Positions 17,768-23,801 of a stretch of DNA of 24,886 nt are shown one piece after another. Both the position numbers and the translations under genes were made by a program. The notes under the pieces were generated by a model. That model saw only the letters and a list, made by a program, of their open reading frames with translations, ran no database searches and was not told where the DNA came from. The DNA is from an uncultured Candidatus Saccharibacteria bacterium (GTDB taxonomy: Bacteria; Patescibacteriota; Minisyncoccia; Minisyncoccales; CG1-02-41-26). Position 1 is the stretch's first letter. The number at the start of each line of letters is the position of its first letter. The stretch spans positions 1 through 24,886 of the forward strand of contig CAYPCL010000002.1 in NCBI GenBank assembly GCA_964409215.1, in the 5' to 3' direction.

Positions 17768-18388
17768 TTAAATAAAGGGAACTCCGACAATTAACTCAAA
17801 AAGGAAATTCACAATCGGAACTATGAATCGGAAAAGAAAGAAAATAAAGAATATTAAAATAAGAAGACCGTAGCGGCTCAAATTCACTTTTAACTGATTG
17901 TACTTTTCGGGCAGAAGGGCAAAGAGAATATGGGAGCCGTCCAAGGGAGGAATGGGAATTAAGTTAAAAATAGCTAAAAGAAGATTGACCCAGATAATGA
18001 AGCCGAAAGCGATAACAATGTTTTCCCCCGAAGGAATTTTCAGCCAGGGAATAAATCTCAAAAGAAGGCCGAAGAAAACAGCTAAGGATATATTAGCCAG
18101 AGGACCGGCAGCAGCCACTTTGGCTTCGGCGAATTTTCCTCTTAAATTGAAGTTGTTGACCGGAACCGGCTTAGCCCAGCCGAAAATAATTCGGGACTGA
18201 AAAAGAATCAACATTAAAGGAAGAAGAACCGAACCAAAGGGATCAAGGTGCTTTAAAGGATTCAAAGTCAGCCGGCCCGCTTCCTTGGCTGTGGGATCTC
18301 CCAATAAATCAGCTGCCCAGCCGTGGGAGATTTCATGAATAATAACTGAAAAGAGGAAGATAATAATAATTAAAATATATTCAATCAT
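17768..18388 (-). CDS. Site-2 protease family (M50) intramembrane metalloprotease
   Basis: HEISH (HExxH), GDPT, AGPLAN, FNLIPIPPLDG; hydrophobic. Confidence 0.95.
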   Translation of the reverse strand: MIEYILIIIIFLFSVIIHEISHGWAADLLGDPTAKEAGRLTLNPLKHLDPFGSVLLPLMLILFQSRIIFGWAKPVPVNNFNLRGKFAEAKVAAAGPLANISLAVFFGLLLRFIPWLKIPSGENIVIAFGFIIWVNLLLAIFNLIPIPPLDGSHILFALLPEKYNQLKVNLSRYGLLILIFFIFFLFRFIVPIVNFLFELIVGVPFI

Positions 18389-18393
18389 AACCC

Positions 18394-18449
18394 TTGAAAA
18401 AAATTCAATTTAATAATAGTATTATAAACATATGTCTAAAGTTTGTAAA
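18394..18449. promoter_or_regulatory. Overlapping divergent promoters for rpmB/tRNAs (+) and the site-2 protease (-)
   Basis: Plus: TTGAAA 18394-18399, 17 nt, TAGTAT 18417-18422. Minus: TTTACA 18449-18444, 17 nt, TATAAT 18426-18421. Confidence 0.6.
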
Positions 18450-18659
18450 ATCTGCGGGAAAGGATCTCGAGTCTTTGGAGTAAGAAAAAAACTCCGGGGC
18501 AAGTATAATCCTACTGCCAAAAAAAGAAAGTATCCCAATCTTCAGTGGCTTCGGGTACCTGAAGATATAAAGCTCAAAAAATACAAACCCTACGCCGGTC
18601 AGAGAATTAAAGCTTGTTCCAAGTGTATTAAAAGACTTTCCTTAAAAAACGGGGTATAG
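18432..18659 (+). CDS. rpmB: 50S ribosomal protein bL28 (zinc-binding form)
   Basis: MSKVCKICGK...KRKYPNLQW...IKACSKCIK. Confidence 0.9.
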   Translation: MSKVCKICGKGSRVFGVRKKLRGKYNPTAKKRKYPNLQWLRVPEDIKLKKYKPYAGQRIKACSKCIKRLSLKNGV

Positions 18660-18723
18660 TGTAATTGGCTAACATACACGCATGGGGTGCGTGCGATTCT
18701 CGGTTCAAGTCCGGGTACCCCGA
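18650..18723 (+). tRNA. tRNA-Pro(GGG), CCA not encoded
   Basis: Acceptor CGGGGUA/UACCCCG, A73, D-loop GG, anticodon arm CACGC-AUGGGGU-GCGUG, T-loop UUCAAGU. C1-G72 and A73 fit Pro identity. Confidence 0.95.
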
Positions 18724-18729
18724 ATAATT

Positions 18730-18802
18730 GCGGGTGTCGTATAATGGCTTATTATTTCTCCCTTCCAAGGAGAAGATGGCGGTTCGAATCCGCTCACCCG
18801 CT
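18730..18802 (+). tRNA. tRNA-Gly(TCC), CCA not encoded
   Basis: Acceptor GCGGGUG/CACCCGC, U73, anticodon arm UCUCC-CUUCCAA-GGAGA, T-loop UUCGAAU. Confidence 0.95.
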
Positions 18803-18807
18803 TCATC

Positions 18808-18838
18808 AAAAAAAGGGCCTCTTTTGGGGACCCTTTTT
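18808..18838. terminator. Probable bidirectional intrinsic terminator
   Basis: AAAAAGGG-CCTCTTTTGGGGA-CCCTTTTT, between the convergent tRNA-Gly and the ubiquitin-like gene. Confidence 0.7.
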
Positions 18839-18840
18839 GA

Positions 18841-19089
18841 TTAAGAAAATAAACCGGGATAAATCCTCGAATAATAAAAAGGAATAAAAATAACTTTGTC
18901 TTTATCCTTTAATTCTTCATCCCAGCTTACTTTTTTATTGTTAACCAAAACAGCATCACTGGGCTCAACTTTTAAATAAGACACTCGGAAAATTACCCCG
19001 ACGGTTATTTTCCTGTTATTTAAAACTTTGACTTGATGGTTATTAAAACTTCCCAAACGACTGACTTCTATTATTGTTTCTTCTGACAT
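18841..19089 (-). CDS. ThiS/MoaD-like (beta-grasp, ubiquitin-like) small protein without C-terminal GG
   Basis: AVLVNNKKVSWDEELKDKDKVIFIP matches the ThiS/MoaD pattern (VxVNxxxxxxdxxLkdGDxVxIiP). Strong SD AGGAGGAG before ATG 19089; 82 aa. Confidence 0.65.
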   Translation of the reverse strand: MSEETIIEVSRLGSFNNHQVKVLNNRKITVGVIFRVSYLKVEPSDAVLVNNKKVSWDEELKDKDKVIFIPFYYSRIYPGLFS

Positions 19090-19171
19090 TACTCCTCCTT
19101 TTTTAAAGTTGTTAAGTTGCTGAACACTACTTTCTAACATATTAAAAATTCTTTTTCAAATTGAAAAATTA

Positions 19172-19180
19172 TGTTAAAAT
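19172..19180 (+). promoter_or_regulatory. Extended -10 promoter element for thiI
   Basis: TGTTAAAAT, 9 nt before ATG 19190. Confidence 0.55.
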
Positions 19181-19189
19181 AATTGGGTT

Positions 19190-20335
19190 ATGCATATCAT
19201 CTGCCATTATGCCGAAATAGGCCTTAAAAAGGGCAAGAGGAGGTTTTTTGAAGAAAAACTGGTTGAGAATATCAAATCGACTTTAAAAGCGGAGTCTTTT
19301 AAGCAGGTTAAAAGAATCTCCGGCCGGATTATTATTGAATTTGAATCGGACATCTCTCCTTCTCAATGGGACAAAATTAGTGTCCTATTAAAAAATGTCT
19401 TTGGAATAAGCCATTTTTCCCTTGCTCAAAGCTTTCAGCCGGAAATAGAAGAAATTAAGAAAAAGGGATTGGAAATTTTAAAAGAAAAGGAATTTAAAAC
19501 CTTTAAAATTGAAACTCAGCGCTCCAATAAGAATTTTCCCCTCACTTCTCCGGAGATAAACCGGCAGATTGGAGAACATGTATTAAATAATCTTAAAAAG
19601 AAAGTGGATTTGGAAAATCCCGATTTAACTCTTTTCATAGAAATAGTTGATAATTATTCTTTTATTTATTCGGAAAAGATAAAAGGCCAAGGAGGTTTGC
19701 CGGTCGGCAGTTCGGGAAAAGCCCTCTGCCTCCTCTCCGGAGGAATTGACTCTCCCTTGGCCGCTTATTTGGCTATGAAAAGAGGGATTAAATTGGAGCT
19801 TATCCATCTTTACTTTGACAAATCTTCAATAAAGAAAGTCAAGGAAATAGCTAAAATCCTCAGTAAATTCCAAAAAAAGATAAAACTTCATTTGATTCCC
19901 TTCAAGGAGATTCAAGAAGAGATAGCCCGAAAACTTCCCTTGGAGACAAGATGCCTCCACTGTAAGAGAATGATGCTGAAAATTGCTCGGGAAATCGGAG
20001 AAAAGGAAGGGATTAAAACAATAATAACCGGGGAGAATATCGGCCAGGTTGCTTCCCAAACTTTGGCTAATTTAAGGACAATTGAATTAGGCAATGATTT
20101 TCTAATCTTAAGGCCCCTCTCTTGCTTTGATAAAAAAACAACCATAGAAAAAACCAAAGAAATAGGAAGTTATGAAAAATCAATTATTAAGGAACTCCCC
20201 TGCCCTATCGTTCCCGAGCATCCTGAAACAAAAAGCTCTCCTGAGAAAATAAGGAGAGAGGAGGAGAAAATAGACCGGGAAAAACTTGTTAAAAAAGCTT
20301 TGGCAGAATCTGAAGACCTCGTTATTATAAGTTAG
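19190..20335 (+). CDS. thiI: tRNA 4-thiouridine(8) synthase ThiI (NFLD-THUMP-PP-loop, no rhodanese domain)
   Basis: HYAEIGLKKGKRRFFE, THUMP TFKIETQRSNKNF...VDLENPD, GQGGLPVGSSGK, PP-loop LLSGGIDS, TGENIGQVASQT, LRPL. Confidence 0.96.
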   Translation: MHIICHYAEIGLKKGKRRFFEEKLVENIKSTLKAESFKQVKRISGRIIIEFESDISPSQWDKISVLLKNVFGISHFSLAQSFQPEIEEIKKKGLEILKEKEFKTFKIETQRSNKNFPLTSPEINRQIGEHVLNNLKKKVDLENPDLTLFIEIVDNYSFIYSEKIKGQGGLPVGSSGKALCLLSGGIDSPLAAYLAMKRGIKLELIHLYFDKSSIKKVKEIAKILSKFQKKIKLHLIPFKEIQEEIARKLPLETRCLHCKRMMLKIAREIGEKEGIKTIITGENIGQVASQTLANLRTIELGNDFLILRPLSCFDKKTTIEKTKEIGSYEKSIIKELPCPIVPEHPETKSSPEKIRREEEKIDREKLVKKALAESEDLVIIS

Positions 20336-20454
20336 AAATTGTCTCAGTACTGATTCTAAGTGGGTGTCCTCACGTTAAATCAAGTTGATTTAACAAATAT
20401 TGGACTCCCATTTTGAAGGTTTTGTACAGAATATTCTAACTTTAAACGGGGCCA
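20315..20454 (-). ncRNA. ssrS: Probable 6S RNA (compact, ~140 nt)
   Basis: Rod-shaped fold: GGCCCCGUU..AAGUUAGAA / UUCUAACUU..AACGAGGUC, then GUAC/GUAC, central bubble AAAACCUUCAA / AGAAUCA, AAUGGGAGUCC / GGACACCCACUU, and terminal GUUAAAUCA/UGAUUUAAC. A dedicated TTGACA/TATAAT promoter lies upstream. Ends are approximate. Confidence 0.7.
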
Positions 20455-20459
20455 CTTTC

Positions 20460-20489
20460 ATTATATACTCCTTTAAAATCACCTGTCAA
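20460..20489 (-). promoter_or_regulatory. Consensus sigma70 promoter driving the 6S-like RNA
   Basis: TTGACA (20489-20484, inside the last codons of the kinase gene), 18 nt, TATAAT (20465-20460); no ORF follows on this strand. Confidence 0.8.
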
Positions 20490-21549
20490 TCATTAAAACT
20501 TCCCCTAACTGTTTAATCAGGGAAATGACCACCGGCGGAGGCATTAAGCTGTAGCATTGCCTTCCCCGGTCATCTCTGATTTTCCAGGGTTTTTTTTCAG
20601 CTTTTATTTTTCCAAAATCATTAATCTTATAATTGTATTCCGGGGTAATTTCGTAATCATTGACATATTTCAAAGCTTTTTGAACGGGAACAACGTTATT
20701 AAGCATTACTTTGGGAACACCCGACAAGGATAAAACCTTCCTTATAATCTTTTCGTCTTTTTCCAATCTTGATTTAATATTGGCTATCCCCAATTCATCC
20801 CCTTCTTTCTTGACCATTCTCGCTCCTTGGCACCGGGGATTATCGCAAATCAAATAAAATTCCTTTTTTCTTTTATCATAGCCCACTTCTTTGGTCGGCA
20901 GAAGCTTGGTGCTCCGGGAAGTCTGGCACAAGGGGCAGATAACTCTATGTTTTATTCTTTCATTGATAACCGACTCCGGTATGTTTATAAGGACAAAAAC
21001 ATCGGGGTCTTCCCGATAACCTATCAAATCTCTGAAAAAGAGAGAGTAGGAAATTTGATCCATATCCCGGGGAAATCCATCTATAAAAAAAGATTTATCC
21101 TCTCCCCGATCGGCTATCTCCATTTTAACCAGGGCTAAAATCAATTCACTGGGAAGAAGGCTCTTGGTATTTCTCTTTTTAAAAGATTTTATTATTTCCT
21201 TCAGAGGGGTAAATCCCCTATAATTCTTTTCAAGAAAGGAAATGATTTTTTTCTTTTCCTTTCTCTTCTTCATTCTCTTTTCAATGTCCCTGACAATGTC
21301 ACCGACGGAAAGATGTTCTATTTTTTCAGGGTCGACTATTTCTTTGAACATTTTAGCGTAGGTTCCTTTGCCGGAATTCTTTTTGCCTATCATATAGGCG
21401 ATAAAACTATTCTTTTTCAGGTGTTCTCTTAATTTTTCTATTTCCTTCCCGGCTTTCAAATCAAAATAATCCCTTCTCTGGTTTGGATCGGTAAGATCAA
21501 ATTTTTTTGAGATATTATTCAACTTTGTTTTAAAAATTGGAAATTCCAT
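20479..21549 (-). CDS. Enlarged adenylate-kinase-like nucleoside monophosphate kinase (356 aa)
   Basis: P-loop GKKNSGKGT, SVGDIVR, LLPSE, FIDGFPR, Cys lid RVICPLC...ICDNPRC; long N- and C-terminal extensions. Confidence 0.85.
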   Translation of the reverse strand: MEFPIFKTKLNNISKKFDLTDPNQRRDYFDLKAGKEIEKLREHLKKNSFIAYMIGKKNSGKGTYAKMFKEIVDPEKIEHLSVGDIVRDIEKRMKKRKEKKKIISFLEKNYRGFTPLKEIIKSFKKRNTKSLLPSELILALVKMEIADRGEDKSFFIDGFPRDMDQISYSLFFRDLIGYREDPDVFVLINIPESVINERIKHRVICPLCQTSRSTKLLPTKEVGYDKRKKEFYLICDNPRCQGARMVKKEGDELGIANIKSRLEKDEKIIRKVLSLSGVPKVMLNNVVPVQKALKYVNDYEITPEYNYKINDFGKIKAEKKPWKIRDDRGRQCYSLMPPPVVISLIKQLGEVLMIDR

Positions 21550-22402
21550 AACTAAAGTTTAACTTTTTTCCGTCTGATTTAATTTCAATATTACCTGACT
21601 TATCTGTTCTTAGAATAGTTATACCAAAATCATCCAATCTCTTCAATATTTCAGGATGAGGATGATTATAGGGATTATTGTGGCCAACAGAAATCACCGC
21701 TAATTCAGGATTAACCAACCTTAAAAATTCGGAATTACTGGAACTTTTACTTCCGTGGTGGGCAACTTTTAAAATTTCTGCTTTAAGGTCGGCATTTAAT
21801 AAAAGTTTTTCAATTTCCTCGCCTATATCTCCGGTTAAAAGAAAATCATTTTCCCCAAAAGTCATTTTCATTACAATTGAAGTATTATTAGAAGCTCTAT
21901 CAGCAACTTCCCCTTCCCGGGACTCAAAAGGATAAAGAACAAAAAACTCAAGATCTCCGGCTTTAATTTTCTGGCCCTTCTCTCCAATGAAAACTCGGGC
22001 TTCTTCCTCTTTTAGGTTTTCCTCCCAATAACCAAAAGTCCTGGTATTTTTCTTTATTCCATTCCATAAAATATTTTCCACCCGGTAGCTTTTTAATACA
22101 TAATTAAGGCCTCCCAAGTGATCGTAATCGGGATGAGTAAGAACCGCCAAATCAATGGTTTTATCCCAAAAAGGAATTTGCCCGCTTAGTTTTTCCAGGA
22201 TTCTTTTTCCCGAAGGGCCGCCGTCAATAATAATTTGATGATTTTCCGGGGTCCTGATAAAAATACTTTCTCCCTGTCCGACATCAAAAAAAACAACCTT
22301 TAACTTGTCGTCTAAATTTAAAACTTCCCTCCAGACAAAAAAATTGGAGAGAGTTAGAAAAAGAATAATTATTAAAAAAATCTTATTTTTAAATTTATCC
22401 AT
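21530..22402 (-). CDS. Membrane-anchored metallo-beta-lactamase-fold hydrolase, stand-alone ComEC/Rec2 C-terminal-type domain
   Basis: N-terminal TM helix, FFDVGQGES, IIIDGG, THPDYDHLGG, NNTSIV, LTGD, LKVAHHGS, VISVG..N.YNHP. Confidence 0.9.
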   Translation of the reverse strand: MDKFKNKIFLIIILFLTLSNFFVWREVLNLDDKLKVVFFDVGQGESIFIRTPENHQIIIDGGPSGKRILEKLSGQIPFWDKTIDLAVLTHPDYDHLGGLNYVLKSYRVENILWNGIKKNTRTFGYWEENLKEEEARVFIGEKGQKIKAGDLEFFVLYPFESREGEVADRASNNTSIVMKMTFGENDFLLTGDIGEEIEKLLLNADLKAEILKVAHHGSKSSSNSEFLRLVNPELAVISVGHNNPYNHPHPEILKRLDDFGITILRTDKSGNIEIKSDGKKLNFSYGISNF

Positions 22403-23408
22403 TAAACTCAGGCTGGAAGAATTGATTAATTTTAATTTTTTTAGGGATTACTTCCAGAGACCCATTATTTCCTTTCTTTGTTAAAGTTATCTCTAAAACC
22501 AATCCTTCCATTGTTTCTTCGGAAAAACCCTGGTCAAAGACAAAATTACCCAAAGAATAGGCTATCCATCCCCCCTTATACCTCTCCATTTTCTGAATTA
22601 CGTGGGGATGGTGTCCTATTACTATATCAGCTCCGGAATCGATACAACCTTCGGAAAACTTTTCTTGAAAATCGGTTATAACTTTGCTGTATTCAATTCC
22701 CGTATGAAGAGAAACGATAAGAAGGTCAACTTCTTTTCTTACATCTTTAATATAATTTTTTACATTCTCCAGGGAATAATAATTTATCCAGGCAAGGCCG
22801 GCCGAATTGCTCTTGGCTTGCCAATAGCTCGTTCCCAGATTGGTATAGGCAAGAAATCCTATTTCAATTCCATTAACTTCCTTGGTTTTAAGGGAAAAAG
22901 CTTCTTCTCTGTCGCGGCCGGCTCCCAAACAGCTTATGCCGGCTTTCTCCAATCTATTTAAGGTGTCCAAAAAAGCTTCCCGGCCGTAGTCAAAAGTATG
23001 ATTATTGGCCAAAGATAAAACATTAAAACCGAGATAATTAAGAGCTTCAATTGATTCCGGAGAAAATCTAAAAGAATAGATGCTTCCCGCTTTTTCCCCT
23101 TTATCGGAAAGGGGTCCTTCAAGATTGCCGAAAATTAGATCCGAATCCTTAAAATCTTCCTTTATCTTTGAAAAAGGAAAATGCCAGTCGTTCCCACCAA
23201 ACTTTTCAACCATAAATTCCACTCCCCTGTTGAGCATAATGTCCCCAACGGCAGTAATTTTAACTTTCTTTTCTTTTAAGGGTTCCTGGGATAAAGAAAC
23301 ATTTCCGGTTAAAAAAAGATTGCTTTGGCTCCAATTGAATTCAAAGACTAAAAAACCGACTATCAGGCCGATTGAGAAAAAAAGGATTTTTGAATAAAAA
23401 TCTTTCAT
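22395..23408 (-). CDS. CapA / PGA_cap family calcineurin-like metallophosphoesterase, membrane-anchored
   Basis: AVGDIML, GNLEGP, LANNHTFDYG, SLHTG, GHHPHV, YSLGNFVFDQ. Start set at ATG 23408 (MKDF). Confidence 0.9.
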   Translation of the reverse strand: MKDFYSKILFFSIGLIVGFLVFEFNWSQSNLFLTGNVSLSQEPLKEKKVKITAVGDIMLNRGVEFMVEKFGGNDWHFPFSKIKEDFKDSDLIFGNLEGPLSDKGEKAGSIYSFRFSPESIEALNYLGFNVLSLANNHTFDYGREAFLDTLNRLEKAGISCLGAGRDREEAFSLKTKEVNGIEIGFLAYTNLGTSYWQAKSNSAGLAWINYYSLENVKNYIKDVRKEVDLLIVSLHTGIEYSKVITDFQEKFSEGCIDSGADIVIGHHPHVIQKMERYKGGWIAYSLGNFVFDQGFSEETMEGLVLEITLTKKGNNGSLEVIPKKIKINQFFQPEFNG

Positions 23409-23416
23409 GAGAAAGC

Positions 23417-23503
23417 TTACTTTTTCCAATCCTTAATGGAATCCTTTAAAACAATGATTCCCACTAAAATAAAAACTATTATCGGTATAATTATTTCCTT
23501 CAT
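23417..23503 (-). CDS. 28-aa single-pass membrane microprotein (not in the ORF track)
   Basis: Manual translation MKEIIIPIIVFILVGIIVLKDSIKDWKK*. It fills the gap, starting 9 nt after the ferritin-like stop and ending 8 nt before the capA-like ATG. Confidence 0.5.
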   Translation of the reverse strand: MKEIIIPIIVFILVGIIVLKDSIKDWKK

Positions 23504-23512
23504 AAACCGCTG

Positions 23513-23791
23513 TTATTCTCCTAACTCCTCCCTGACTTCCTCTTTGCCTTTTTCCAGCTCTTTAACCTGCTCTTTGTCAAGCTTGAGAAGAAGGGCTTCA
23601 AATTCTCCGACATGAGTTTTCTCCTCTCGAGCAATATCAAGAAGAATCTTTTTGATATCTTCGTTTTCAGTCATAGCCGCCATCTGCTCGTAGAGATTAA
23701 CAGCATCTAACTCGGCAATTAAGCCGGCTCTGAGAATTTCTTTATCTATGTCTTCTTTGTTTTTTAATTTTAAGGGTATTTTTGAAAGCAT
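23513..23791 (-). CDS. Ferritin-like protein of the encapsulated-ferritin (EncFtn/Flp) type
   Basis: ILRAGLIAELDAVNLYEQMA...ILLDIAREEKTHVGEFEALL two-helix half-ferritin pattern (E...Y and EExxH ligands). Start set at MLSK (23791); 92 aa. Confidence 0.85.
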   Translation of the reverse strand: MLSKIPLKLKNKEDIDKEILRAGLIAELDAVNLYEQMAAMTENEDIKKILLDIAREEKTHVGEFEALLLKLDKEQVKELEKGKEEVREELGE

Positions 23792-23801
23792 AAATTTATT
23801 A

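Noticed and set aside
18687-18887. 66-aa plus-strand ORF
   Set aside because: It runs through both tRNA genes and the terminator
18394-19168. Palindromes TTGAA-N5-TTCAA (18394-18408) and TTTTTCAA-A-TTGAAAAA (19152-19168) as operators
   Set aside because: A/T-only arms are expected by chance here and coincide with -35-like hexamers; the two spacings differ
19152-19179. TTATGTTAAAA matches the XerD arm of dif in 10 of 11 positions
   Set aside because: There is no plausible XerC arm 6 nt upstream (TTTTTCAAATT), and the sequence is explained as the thiI extended -10
3448-20157. Alternate-frame minus-strand ORFs (3448-3714, 3678-3962, 19625-19807, 19826-20059, 19912-20157)
   Set aside because: Nested in or antisense to secY or thiI, with no motif or initiation signal
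20374-20394. Perfect inverted repeat GTTAAATCAA-G-TTGATTTAAC as an operator or mobile-element end
   Set aside because: It is explained as the terminal hairpin of the 6S-like rod; no transposase or flanking duplication is present
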